A stretch of DNA of 64,000 bases from Candidatus Omnitrophota bacterium. Its GTDB lineage: Bacteria > Omnitrophota > Omnitrophia > Omnitrophales > Aquincolibacteriaceae. This document shows, in pieces, positions 38,982 to 48,505 of this stretch. The translations under genes were made by a program, and so were the position numbers. Position 1 is the stretch's first letter. Every line of letters begins with the position of its first letter. Below the pieces are notes generated by a model. The model worked only from the letters and a program-made list of their open reading frames with translations, was not told the origin of the DNA and ran no database searches. The stretch is from assembly GCA_030698625.1 (NCBI GenBank), contig JAUYMS010000048.1, positions 154,404-218,403 of the forward strand. The letters are read 5' to 3'.

Positions 38982-40337
38982 ATGACCTTTCTATACAACA
39001 TAGCTTATGCGGTGTTCGGTATTCTGTATCTGCCGGTCTTTGTCTCAAAATGCTTGCAGGCAGACAGTCCCCGTCGTCTGCTCATGGAAAGATTTGGTGT
39101 GCTTGGACGTTCGCTCAGAGTACGTCTCTTGGGTCAGAAAGTGATCTGGCTGCATGCCGTTAGTGTCGGGGAAGTTATGGCTGTCAAGAACTTCACGGAG
39201 ATGTTGCTCGACAGATATGCCGGGCACCACCTTGTCCTTACAACGGTGACGGCTACGGGCCAAAAGATTGCCAAAGAGCTGGAATCCGACAAAATCACCG
39301 TATGCTATTTCCCGTTCGATCTGACGCGACCGGTTCGCAGTTTCTTTGAAGCACTGCAACCCGTATGCGTATTGTTGGCCGAGACAGAGATCTGGCCAAA
39401 TCTGTTAACCGAAGCTCGGAGAGCTCGTGTTCCTGTTGGAATTATCAATGCGCGAATGTCGGCAAGGTCGGCTCGGCGCTATATGCGGTTCGGGCGCGTG
39501 TTCCGCCCCTTGATGAGTAAATTGGATTTTGTCCTTGCTCAGAGCGAGTCAGATGCCGCTAAGTTTATCGCCTTGGGAGTTGATTCCGACCGCGTTCAAG
39601 TGCTCGGTAACATGAAATACGACAACTCAGCGGCGAAGGATTCTTTTTCCCCTGACCGCCGACGATGTGTGAAGAAGGCGGATTGGGGTTTCCCCGAAAA
39701 TGCGCTGGTTCTCATGGGGGGGAGCACGCATCCTGGGGAGGAGGAGTTGATGTGCAAGGTTTTCAAGGGCTGCAAGGAGTCCCACCCGAATCTCCGGATG
39801 ATTCTTGCGCCGCGGCACATTGAACGCTCCAAAGTCATTGCTCGCAAGTGCGAAAAGAGATTGGGGCAGAAAGTAGTTTTGGCGACGCAAACGGATGGCT
39901 CGGCGATGGCTGAGATTCTGGTTCTCGATCGATTAGGAATATTAAAAGACCTTTATGCAATTGCTGACGTGGTGTTTGTCGGCGGAAGTTTGGTGCGCCA
40001 CGGCGGGCAGAATCCGATCGAGCCTGCCGACCAGCGCCGTGCGATTGTTCACGGCCCGCACGTTTTTAATTTTGAACACATCTACCAGAAGTTGGATACC
40101 GAAGGCGGAGCCGTTCTTGTGCGGGACGGCGACGAACTGGCCTTTGCTGTTGAACGGTTGTTAGCAAGGCCCGGAGAATGCAAGACGATGGGCGAACACG
40201 CTTATGAACAAGTTTGTCGCTACCGGGGGGCGACGACGAGGCATGTCGAATGGCTCGTGCCGTTCCTCGAATCCCATGATCAATTGCCCTATGACTTTAA
40301 AATAAGTGAGGTGAAAGATGCGCGGATCCATTCGTAA
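38982..40337 (+). CDS. waaA: 3-deoxy-D-manno-octulosonic acid (Kdo) transferase
   Basis: 451 aa with an N-terminal TM anchor and GT30 motifs (IWLHAVSVGE, LAETEIWPN). It sits next to lpxK. Confidence 0.88.
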   Translation: MTFLYNIAYAVFGILYLPVFVSKCLQADSPRRLLMERFGVLGRSLRVRLLGQKVIWLHAVSVGEVMAVKNFTEMLLDRYAGHHLVLTTVTATGQKIAKELESDKITVCYFPFDLTRPVRSFFEALQPVCVLLAETEIWPNLLTEARRARVPVGIINARMSARSARRYMRFGRVFRPLMSKLDFVLAQSESDAAKFIALGVDSDRVQVLGNMKYDNSAAKDSFSPDRRRCVKKADWGFPENALVLMGGSTHPGEEELMCKVFKGCKESHPNLRMILAPRHIERSKVIARKCEKRLGQKVVLATQTDGSAMAEILVLDRLGILKDLYAIADVVFVGGSLVRHGGQNPIEPADQRRAIVHGPHVFNFEHIYQKLDTEGGAVLVRDGDELAFAVERLLARPGECKTMGEHAYEQVCRYRGATTRHVEWLVPFLESHDQLPYDFKISEVKDARIHS

Positions 40338-41367
40338 TTATTTTCGTCTGTTAGCGGAAGACCGTGAGAGAGGTTTCGCAGCTCGGCTCCTTGGCCCCCT
40401 TCTGAGTGGCATTGCCTGGGTATACGGAGTTGGGGTCGGCACCTTGAGGCTCCTGCATGAGAAAAAGATTTTAAAGCGCAAGAGGCTGCCGTATCCCGTT
40501 GTGAGCGTGGGTAACCTGACATGGGGAGGGAGCGGGAAGACGCCGCTTGTCGAATACCTTGCACACCGTATCAGCGAGCGGAGGCGAACTCCTTTGGTCT
40601 TGACTCGCGGCTACAGTCAGGATGAAATTGAGCAATTACGACATCATCTTCCCCGCGTAATTATCGGAGTGGGCAAGGACCGCTTGAAAGTCGGCAGAAA
40701 CATCGGACAAAGAAATAGAATTGACATAGCCGTTCTTGACGACGGATTGCAGCATTGGCCGGTAGAGAGGGACATTGAAATTGTAGCGGTTAACTGCTTG
40801 AACCCATTTGGCAACGGGCATCTTCTGCCGCGCGGGATTCTTCGTGAACCGCTTTCGGTTTTAAAGAATGCTGCGATTATTGTCCTCTCACATGTAAATC
40901 TCGTCAAAATCGAAGACCTTAAGAAGCTTAAGGAGCAGATTCAGCGGATAGCGCCTAATTCCTTTATCGTGGAATCTTATCTCGAGCCGCTGTTTTTCTA
41001 CCGCGCACGCCAGCGCTCACGCGTGTCCCTGGATCGCTTGCACAATCATCGTGTGACCACATTCTCGGGGGTTGCGAGCCCCCGATCCTTTCAATTAACA
41101 CTGTCAAATTTTCAGATTAAACCCATCCGTAATTTTGAGTTTACCGACCATCACCCTTTTTCGGTGCAGGAGCTGGAAGAAATTAAGCGCGTTAGCGATT
41201 CTGCCTTCGCGGCAGAAATCATTACGACCGAAAAAGATTTTTACCGCTCGCCAAAAGCCATATCAGAGATACTGAACCCCTTGATTCTGGCGACTCGGCT
41301 GCGGATTCTATCCGGAGAGGATGTCCTCACAGACCGCCTTTTCAGGCTGGTGGGACTGGTTAAATAA
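40318..41367 (+). CDS. lpxK: Tetraacyldisaccharide 4'-kinase
   Basis: VVSVGNLTWGGSGKTP is the P-loop motif. 349 aa. Confidence 0.88.
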   Translation: MRGSIRNYFRLLAEDRERGFAARLLGPLLSGIAWVYGVGVGTLRLLHEKKILKRKRLPYPVVSVGNLTWGGSGKTPLVEYLAHRISERRRTPLVLTRGYSQDEIEQLRHHLPRVIIGVGKDRLKVGRNIGQRNRIDIAVLDDGLQHWPVERDIEIVAVNCLNPFGNGHLLPRGILREPLSVLKNAAIIVLSHVNLVKIEDLKKLKEQIQRIAPNSFIVESYLEPLFFYRARQRSRVSLDRLHNHRVTTFSGVASPRSFQLTLSNFQIKPIRNFEFTDHHPFSVQELEEIKRVSDSAFAAEIITTEKDFYRSPKAISEILNPLILATRLRILSGEDVLTDRLFRLVGLVK

Positions 41368-41379
41368 GCCAGGACAGGA

Positions 41380-43335
41380 ATGACGAAATCTCCTCGACTC
41401 GAATGGTTAAGTCTTTTTGCAGTGCGCGGTTTCTCACTGGTGGTTACGCGTTTGCCCGAGAGCAGTGCGCTCGTCCTGGGCCGCTTTTGCGGGCGAGTGG
41501 CCTTTATTTTTTCAAACCGCAGACGGGTTGCCTATGCAGACCTGAAAGCAGCCTTCGGGAATCGCTATAGCCCCTCTGCGCGGTGGCAGATCATCAGGCA
41601 GCATTACGGCCATATGGGCCAATCCGCTGTTGAGATGATCCGTTTTCCGCAGCTCGACGCTGGATTTGTTGAAGATAAAGTGCGCATTCATCACTTCGAG
41701 AGGTTTAAATCGCTTACTGATCAAGGTCATGGCGCAATCCTGCTGACGGCGCATATCGGAAACTGGGAATTGATTCAGATCATCTCGGGACTACTTAACA
41801 AGCCGATTCACGTGTTGGGTCGAGACCAACGGTCCGCGGGCATGACGAAATTACTTGCGAAATACAGGCAAGCCCACGGCTCCGTGGCCGTCAGCCGCGG
41901 TATCAATCTGAGAGATTTTGTCCGGGCCATTCGCAGGGGAGAGATGGTGGGATTGCTCGGAGATCAGTCTGCCGGAAAGCACCAAGGCTTGATATTGCCG
42001 TTCATGGGAAGAAAAACCACAGTGCCGACAGGCGCATTTGAATTGGCAAAACGTACCGGGGTTCCGATTCTGCCTTGTTTTATCGTCCGTGACGGAAAGG
42101 GCGGCCACGAGATTTTTATCGAGGAGCCGATTCTCCCGATAAGGTCCGAAGCTTCGGATGAGGATCTTGCTAAAGCTGTGAAGGGTTACGTGCATCTGCT
42201 CGAGAGTATGATTTCTCGTTACCCGTATCAGTGGCTATGGGGGAAGAAGAGATGGAAATACGCTTGGACGAAACGTCTCCTTGTCCTCTCTGATGGCAAG
42301 GCCGGGCATGTGAAGCAGGTGGAAGCAGTTGTGCGGAATTTTAAAGAAATCCAGACTCAATATGATCGTCCGGGGATGGAATATCCGACGCAGGTCCTCG
42401 ACGTTCATTTCAAGTCAGACCAACACCGCAAATGGTTTGCGTGGATATGTCCGTTCTTCTTGCCGTGGGCACAGGGGCGAATAGGCAAGCTCCGGGCGTT
42501 CTTCACAAAGGAAACCCAGGATCAACTCGAGGAAGCGAGTGCCGACTTCATTATCTCTGCGGGCTCTAGTCTGACACCCTTAAATCTGTTTCTTGCTAAA
42601 GAGTGCCGTGCAAAAAGCGTGGTTCTGATGAAGCCGAGCTTTCCGTACAACTTGTTTCGTATTGACCTGGCCATCGTGCCGCTTCACGATCGGGGGCAGA
42701 TGCCGCGCGAAGCTATCCGTACCCTGCTGACGCCTAGTTGGTGGGAGCCCGATGAGGTCGAAGAGGCCAGCGAACGGCTAGCTCGCGAACTTCCGGCAAG
42801 AGATCGTGTTAAAGTGGGTGTCTTTCTCGGGGGAACGACGCGCCGGTATCGCATGGAAACGGGAAAAGTAAGACAGCTTTTAGATTCCCTCGAGCGACTC
42901 GAGTCTGCGGAGGGTGACTACATTATGACCACTTCGCGGCGCACGCCCGATGCGGTGACAGATTACTTGAAGGCAAACCGGGGCCAGTATCGGCGATGCC
43001 AGCAGTTGATTATCGCCGCCGAAGACAAGATGCCGGGGCGTATTGAGGGGATGATGGGGCTTGCCGAGGTCCTTGTGGTAACTGAGGACAGTATTTCGAT
43101 GATTTCAGAGGCCGTTAGCACGGATAAGCCCGTCGTAGTCCTTAACCTGGATTCGGAAAATCTACCGAATAAGCATCGTCGTTTTCAGGAACTTTTGGCG
43201 CAGAACGCCGCCGTCGTTTTTGCGGATCCTGAGAATATTGTGGAGAAGATCAGGAACGCAAGGGCGCAGTTGCGCGGCGGATGGTATACCAGGGACCAAG
43301 CCATACTGCGGGGAAGGCTTCAGGAAATACTATGA
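41380..43335 (+). CDS. lpxL: Fusion protein: N-terminal LpxL/HtrB-type lipid A late acyltransferase (LPLAT, ~300 aa) + C-terminal ELM1/DUF1022-family (PF06258, putative GT-B glycosyltransferase-like) domain
   Basis: The N-terminal half carries the HIGNWE (HX4E) catalytic motif and ends in PYQWLWGKKRWK, a typical LpxL C-terminus. The C-terminal half starts at LLVLSDGKAGHVKQ and contains TTSRRTP, the signature motifs of bacterial ELM1-family proteins. Confidence 0.7.
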   Translation: MTKSPRLEWLSLFAVRGFSLVVTRLPESSALVLGRFCGRVAFIFSNRRRVAYADLKAAFGNRYSPSARWQIIRQHYGHMGQSAVEMIRFPQLDAGFVEDKVRIHHFERFKSLTDQGHGAILLTAHIGNWELIQIISGLLNKPIHVLGRDQRSAGMTKLLAKYRQAHGSVAVSRGINLRDFVRAIRRGEMVGLLGDQSAGKHQGLILPFMGRKTTVPTGAFELAKRTGVPILPCFIVRDGKGGHEIFIEEPILPIRSEASDEDLAKAVKGYVHLLESMISRYPYQWLWGKKRWKYAWTKRLLVLSDGKAGHVKQVEAVVRNFKEIQTQYDRPGMEYPTQVLDVHFKSDQHRKWFAWICPFFLPWAQGRIGKLRAFFTKETQDQLEEASADFIISAGSSLTPLNLFLAKECRAKSVVLMKPSFPYNLFRIDLAIVPLHDRGQMPREAIRTLLTPSWWEPDEVEEASERLARELPARDRVKVGVFLGGTTRRYRMETGKVRQLLDSLERLESAEGDYIMTTSRRTPDAVTDYLKANRGQYRRCQQLIIAAEDKMPGRIEGMMGLAEVLVVTEDSISMISEAVSTDKPVVVLNLDSENLPNKHRRFQELLAQNAAVVFADPENIVEKIRNARAQLRGGWYTRDQAILRGRLQEIL

Positions 43336-45449
43336 AGGTACTCCAAGTATTACCCTCTCTGGATGTCGGAGGCGTAGAGCGCGGCGTTATTGATTTGGCG
43401 CGCGCCATGAGAAAAAGGGGCGAGGAGATTGTGGTGATCTCCTCCGGCGGAGCACTCGTTGCGCAGCTTCACAAGATGGGTGTGACCCACTACGCGCTTC
43501 CGGTACACAGGAAGTCTCTGTTTTCTTTGGCATTGGTTCCGCGGATCGCACGGATTATTCAGCGAGAACATGTCGATGTGGTGCATGCTCGCAGTCGTGT
43601 GCCCGCGTGGTTGGCTTGGCTTGCGGCACGCCAGACGCAGACGCCGTTTGTCACGACATGCCATGGCTATTATTCAAATCATCTTTTGAGTCGCGTGATG
43701 GGGTGGGGTAAGCGAGTCATCGTGATCTCTCGAATCATCGGCCGCCATATGATAGACGACTTCGGTGTAAGCCCCGAGCGCATTCGCCTGATTCACAGAG
43801 GGCTGGACTTACAGCACTTCACTCATCGGCCTATCGTGAAGCGTACTCCCCGTATTTTTCGTATTCTGAATATCGGCCGTTTGTCCCCCATCAAGGGACA
43901 GTTGGAGTTTCTCCGCGCTGTTCATTTGCTGCGGCGTGATTTGCAGCAGATAGAGGTGTGTCTTGTAGGGTCAGAAGGGAAGGGGAAACATAAATATACG
44001 GAACTCCTCAAGCAAACAGTCCGGCAATTGGGTTTGGAGGCTTGCGTGAAATTTCTCGGGACGCGTCGTGATATTCCCGAACTATTGAGGGGCGCGGACC
44101 TGCTTGTCCTTTCGACCTTGGTTCCGGAAGCCTTCGGGCGCGTCGTCATCGAGGCCGGTGCCGTCGGGTGCCCTGTCGTTTCAACCCGAGTCGGCGGTGT
44201 TCTCGACATTATCGACGAAGGCGAGAACGGTCGCTTGGTTCCTCCGGGGGATCCCGAAGCCATGGCGGCGGCAATGTTTGATAGCTTAACCAGTGTCGAG
44301 CAGTCAACCAGGCTTGCGGAAAATCTGCGCAAGAAGGTTGAAAATAATTTCACGCTGGACCAACTTGTTGATAAGACGATTGCTGTCTACGATGAAGTGA
44401 AAAAGGAGAAAAAGATTCTGGTTATCAAGCTTGGTGCGATGGGTGATGTGATTCTCGCGGTGCCCAGTCTTCGCATGCTCCGAGAACGCTTTCCGGACGC
44501 CTCAATCTCGGTTTTGGTCGATAAAAAGTTTGCTCCTCTTTTGAAGGGGTGTCCTTATATTCAGGAAGTGATTCCGGTGGAGCGGCGCAGATTTCCGCGG
44601 CTTCTTTATCTGCTGCGATTGGCCAAGTCTTTGAGGCGTGAAGGCTATGATGCTTCGGTGGATCTGCAGAATTCAAAATGGACTCATTTGCTAGCTTTTC
44701 TCGCAGCGATCCCAGAGCGTTTCGGGTTTCGTCGCGGCCATTTCGGTTTTCTCCTGAACCGGCCGGACCGTTTCTTCCGGGTGGCAGAGCCGCCGGTTAA
44801 AAATCAGTACCGCATACTCTCAAAAGTAGGTGTCCAGAAATGGGACGATCGTCTAGAGCTTTGGCCGGACGCGAAGTCAGAGAAAAAAGTCGATGAGGTG
44901 CTTGAGGAGTTTCTTAAAGATAGCAATTCATCGCGCCTGGTGGGATTTGTCCTCGGATCCAGTCCGAAGTGGCTGACAAAGAGATGGCCTCTTGAGAATT
45001 TTAAGGCCTTGGCGAGGCGGTTGCAGGAGTCAGAAAATACCCGCGTTGTTCTGATTGGCTCCGCGGAGGATGGGGAAATTGCCGACCAATTTTTGGCCGG
45101 TGAAACAGCACACGTTCTTAACATGGTGGGCAAGACATCGTCGCGTGAGCTCATACCTCTTGTGAAGCGGCTCGATGTCCTTGTGACGGGCGATACGGCG
45201 CCGCTGCATGTGGCGAGCGCCGTCGGCACGGATATCGTCGCGCTTTTTGGACCCACGGACCCGAAGCGCCATATGCCTCCGGGCAACAACCATGTCGTGA
45301 TTAATCGAAGGTTGGCCTGCCAGCCTTGTTATCGGGGGACCTGTTCGAATGAGGAGGACCTCGCTTGTCTAAGACAGATTTCGATCGAAGAGGTTTTTAA
45401 CGCAGTGCGCAAGAAACTGAATTCTCTGGTCGTGGAAGCAAGGGCGTAA
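43332..45449 (+). CDS. Two-domain glycosyltransferase: N-terminal GT4 (group 1, WaaG-like) + C-terminal GT9 (heptosyltransferase, RfaF/WaaC-like)
   Basis: The N-terminus has MKVLQVLPSLDVGGVERGV and EAFGRVVIEAGAVGCPVVSTRVGG, a GT4 E-x7-E region. The C-terminus has ILVIKLGAMGDVILAVPSLRML...VTGDTAPLHVASAVGTDIVALFGPTDP, which are GT9 hallmarks. ATGA overlap with the upstream gene. Confidence 0.78.
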   Translation: MKVLQVLPSLDVGGVERGVIDLARAMRKRGEEIVVISSGGALVAQLHKMGVTHYALPVHRKSLFSLALVPRIARIIQREHVDVVHARSRVPAWLAWLAARQTQTPFVTTCHGYYSNHLLSRVMGWGKRVIVISRIIGRHMIDDFGVSPERIRLIHRGLDLQHFTHRPIVKRTPRIFRILNIGRLSPIKGQLEFLRAVHLLRRDLQQIEVCLVGSEGKGKHKYTELLKQTVRQLGLEACVKFLGTRRDIPELLRGADLLVLSTLVPEAFGRVVIEAGAVGCPVVSTRVGGVLDIIDEGENGRLVPPGDPEAMAAAMFDSLTSVEQSTRLAENLRKKVENNFTLDQLVDKTIAVYDEVKKEKKILVIKLGAMGDVILAVPSLRMLRERFPDASISVLVDKKFAPLLKGCPYIQEVIPVERRRFPRLLYLLRLAKSLRREGYDASVDLQNSKWTHLLAFLAAIPERFGFRRGHFGFLLNRPDRFFRVAEPPVKNQYRILSKVGVQKWDDRLELWPDAKSEKKVDEVLEEFLKDSNSSRLVGFVLGSSPKWLTKRWPLENFKALARRLQESENTRVVLIGSAEDGEIADQFLAGETAHVLNMVGKTSSRELIPLVKRLDVLVTGDTAPLHVASAVGTDIVALFGPTDPKRHMPPGNNHVVINRRLACQPCYRGTCSNEEDLACLRQISIEEVFNAVRKKLNSLVVEARA

Positions 45450-45451
45450 GC

Positions 45452-46501
45452 ATGAAGATATTAATTATTACCAAGAATTGGTTGGGGGATATCCTTTTTC
45501 AACTGCCGGCGATTGAGGCCATTAAGAGGTTTTCTCCGACAGCGGAGATCGTTTGTATGGCTCCGGAACGTTGCCGAGAGATTCTTGAAGCGCATCCGGC
45601 GGTCAGCCGTGTCATTGCTTTTGATGAGAAGGGAGAGCACCGCTCTCTATGGGCGAAAATCGGTCTGATTGGCCAACTGCGCAGGGAAAAATGGGACCGC
45701 GCTTATCTGTTCCATCGCTCCCGCACACGCGCAGCTCTAATGTGGCTGGCTGGCGTAAGGGAACGCATCGGTTATGCGCACGGGAGGCGTCTGTTTCTCA
45801 CTACGGCCATCGAAGAACCGCAACAGAGGATGCATCATGTTGATTATGCGCTAGCCTTTGTAAAACAGGCCGGTATTTCAACGGTACAATCGTCCAGGTA
45901 TCGGTTTTATTTTTCAGCCTTGTGTCGGCAGCAAGCCGCGGTACTCCTGCAAGAATACGAAGTACGACCGCGGAATTTTATGTGTTTTCATATTGGCGCA
46001 AACTGGGAGCCCAAGCGATGGCCTGCGAGCCACTTTGCAGAGCTGGCGGATCTTATTGGGACGCAGTGGAACATCCCCATTCTGGTGACCGGCGCGGGGC
46101 GTGATAAAGAGCTGGCCGGCGAAGTCACTCAACGAGTGAAGCAGGCACGTGTCCTTTCTTTAGTCGGAAAGACTAGTTTGGGTACGCTCGGGGCTCTCTA
46201 TGAGCAAGCCCTTCTCCTGGTTTCCGGAGATTCGGGGCCCATGCACATCGCTTCGGGGGTCGGAACACCTGTCTTGGCCCTTTTTGGCCCGACTGATCCT
46301 GCGCTCACCGGCCCTCGCGGGGTCGGCCAGACAGCGGTCCTTCAGTATATCCCGGAAGGCTATCATACCCCGTGGCTTGGCAAGAACCTGCCTGAAGGCG
46401 GGTGGGTTTCTCATATTACACCGCAGCAGGTGATTGCGGCGATCAAAGAAAAAGGATGGATGGAGAGCGGATGGAAGCTACAAAACGAATCCTTATCGTA
46501 A
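45452..46501 (+). CDS. GT9 LPS heptosyltransferase paralog
   Basis: Has MKILIITKNWLGDILFQLPAI and the ...VSGDSGPMHIASGVGTPVLALFGPTDP GT9 motifs. Confidence 0.8.
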   Translation: MKILIITKNWLGDILFQLPAIEAIKRFSPTAEIVCMAPERCREILEAHPAVSRVIAFDEKGEHRSLWAKIGLIGQLRREKWDRAYLFHRSRTRAALMWLAGVRERIGYAHGRRLFLTTAIEEPQQRMHHVDYALAFVKQAGISTVQSSRYRFYFSALCRQQAAVLLQEYEVRPRNFMCFHIGANWEPKRWPASHFAELADLIGTQWNIPILVTGAGRDKELAGEVTQRVKQARVLSLVGKTSLGTLGALYEQALLLVSGDSGPMHIASGVGTPVLALFGPTDPALTGPRGVGQTAVLQYIPEGYHTPWLGKNLPEGGWVSHITPQQVIAAIKEKGWMESGWKLQNESLS

Positions 46502-47445
46502 CTCTTTCGAATATTGGGGACGTAATTCTCACGACGCCGGTGATTACGTCGCTGGCGGCTCGCTATCCGGAAGCAAAGATCACGGTTGTGACGAGCCTCC
46601 GCGCAGAGGGTGTGCTCGAGGGTAGCCGCTTCATACATGATATCGTCATCTATAATAAGAAAAGCGGATTATCGGGGCAGTTACGATTCCTGAACCAGTT
46701 GCGCCGGCACCGGTATGATCTCGTCGTAGATTTGCGCCGTACCGCTATTGCTTACCTGGTCCGGGCTAAAAGGCGAAGTCCGTTGTTTAGGCATTACCGC
46801 CAAATGTCCATGCGGAACCGCCACTTGGAAGTTCTCGGAATGATGAAATTGGAATGCCCTGAGGCGCCTCAGTTCGATTTTTTTAGCAAGGTGGACGACA
46901 ATAATGCGCTCGAGAAAGTCCATGCGGAGGGGCTTTCTACGGCGCGCGATTGGATTCTGGTAGCCCCCGTCGCGGCCAGTGAACTCAAGACATGGCGGCT
47001 TGACGGTTTTCGAGATCTCTTGCGAGGACTTCTGCGTGAGCGGAGCGAGGACATTTTGTTGGTGGGCGACATGCGCGAACGCGAATTGGCTGCGCCGCTG
47101 GTGGACCTCAACCCGAAGCGAATTCGAAATTTAGCCGGCCGCACAACGCTTCCCGAGCTGGCGGCCTTAATAGCGAGGGCATCCTTACTCATTGCCAATG
47201 ACAGTGCCGCCATGCACCTGGGTTATGAATTGAATCGACCCGTAGTCGCATTATTCGGCCCGACGCATTATAAAAAATCCGGATACACGGGGGAGAAGTT
47301 TCGCATCGTGCGCGAACCCGTCGAATGTTCGCCATGTGAACGCCCGAGGTGCCGCTTTGCCCGCCAGGCCTGTTTTGAAGACTTAAAAGCCGATAAGGTA
47401 ATGAAGGCTTGTGAGGAGTTGCTGCGTGTTCATACCTCTTCCTAA
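46471..47445 (+). CDS. GT9 LPS heptosyltransferase paralog (start uncertain: 46456 or 46471)
   Basis: Has ILIVTLSNIGDVILTTPVI and ...IANDSAAMHLGYELNRPVVALFGPTH. Confidence 0.75.
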   Translation: MEATKRILIVTLSNIGDVILTTPVITSLAARYPEAKITVVTSLRAEGVLEGSRFIHDIVIYNKKSGLSGQLRFLNQLRRHRYDLVVDLRRTAIAYLVRAKRRSPLFRHYRQMSMRNRHLEVLGMMKLECPEAPQFDFFSKVDDNNALEKVHAEGLSTARDWILVAPVAASELKTWRLDGFRDLLRGLLRERSEDILLVGDMRERELAAPLVDLNPKRIRNLAGRTTLPELAALIARASLLIANDSAAMHLGYELNRPVVALFGPTHYKKSGYTGEKFRIVREPVECSPCERPRCRFARQACFEDLKADKVMKACEELLRVHTSS

Positions 47446-48505
47446 ATCACGGCCCCCGAGGATTCTCGTGACGCGCGCTGATCGGATCGGAGACTTTGTC
47501 TTGTCTACGCCTGTCTTCGAGGCGCTGCGCGGGCATTTTCCGAAGGCGTGGATTGCCGGTCTGACCTCCATTGAGAACGGAGAACTGGCGATAGGGAATC
47601 CGTTTCTCGATGAGACTCTCCTTTATGATAAAAAAGGGCGGGAAGCCGGATTTTGGGGAAATCTACGCTTCGCCCGTAAGCTTGCAAAGAAGAATTTTGA
47701 TATCGTTATTCATTTGCATGCAACCAACCGCATGCATTGGGTCAGTTGGTTGGCAAAGATTCCGGTGCGTATAGGTTGGACCCGTCGTGCCGGGTGGGCG
47801 CTTACCCATCCATATGCGGATGTAAAGGTGGAAGGCGCAAAGCACGAAGCGGAGTATAACTTTGACTTGCTTAAAGAACTTCAGATTGTCGCGCCTGAAA
47901 GATTGAGGCCCGTCCTTACGACTCAAGTGAAATCGCGTGCGTCGCTTGATGAACTGGTTGCACGCTTAGGAATAACGACGACGAAGCCGTGGGTTGCTCT
48001 CAGCCCTGGGGCGAGTTGTCCGTCCAAAAGATGGCCGCCTGAGAGATTCGGTGCACTGGCAGACGAATTGGCGGAACGTCATGATATTGAACTTATTCTA
48101 GTCGGGAGCGCGGTGGACCGTCATTTGGCCGAAAAGGTGCAGGGTGCAGCGAGGACGTCCCTATTTGATCTCACGGGACGATTGTCGCTCGGTATGCTCG
48201 CCGCACTTTTTGAGCGCACCCGGCTCTTAATTTCGAATGACTCGGGCCCCGTCCATATTGCGGACGCAGTTGGAACATGCGTCATTTCGATTTTTGGCCG
48301 GAAGCAGCCGGGATTGTCACCCACACGTTGGCGGCCGCTTAATCCGCGTTCTACTTTTGTCTGGAAAGACGTGGGCTGTGTAGAGTGTCTGGCGCACCGG
48401 TGTGAAATAGGTTTTCTTTGTTTGGATGCGATCGCGGTTCATCATGTCATGGATCAAGTGGCGCGTTATCGGCACCTGCTGGAACCCGCCGAGGTGGCGT
48501 CGTGA
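47411..48505 (+). CDS. GT9 LPS heptosyltransferase paralog
   Basis: Has ILVTRADRIGDFVLSTPVF and ...ISNDSGPVHIADAVGTCVISIFG. Confidence 0.75.
   Translation: MRSCCVFIPLPKSRPPRILVTRADRIGDFVLSTPVFEALRGHFPKAWIAGLTSIENGELAIGNPFLDETLLYDKKGREAGFWGNLRFARKLAKKNFDIVIHLHATNRMHWVSWLAKIPVRIGWTRRAGWALTHPYADVKVEGAKHEAEYNFDLLKELQIVAPERLRPVLTTQVKSRASLDELVARLGITTTKPWVALSPGASCPSKRWPPERFGALADELAERHDIELILVGSAVDRHLAEKVQGAARTSLFDLTGRLSLGMLAALFERTRLLISNDSGPVHIADAVGTCVISIFGRKQPGLSPTRWRPLNPRSTFVWKDVGCVECLAHRCEIGFLCLDAIAVHHVMDQVARYRHLLEPAEVAS

Noticed and set aside
46402-46470. Upstream ATG or GTG starts for the third GT9 gene giving a 100-nt overlap
   Set aside because: The N-terminal extension is not GT9-like. The ATG at 46471 with a GGAGAG RBS gives the conserved ILIVTLSNIGD N-terminus.
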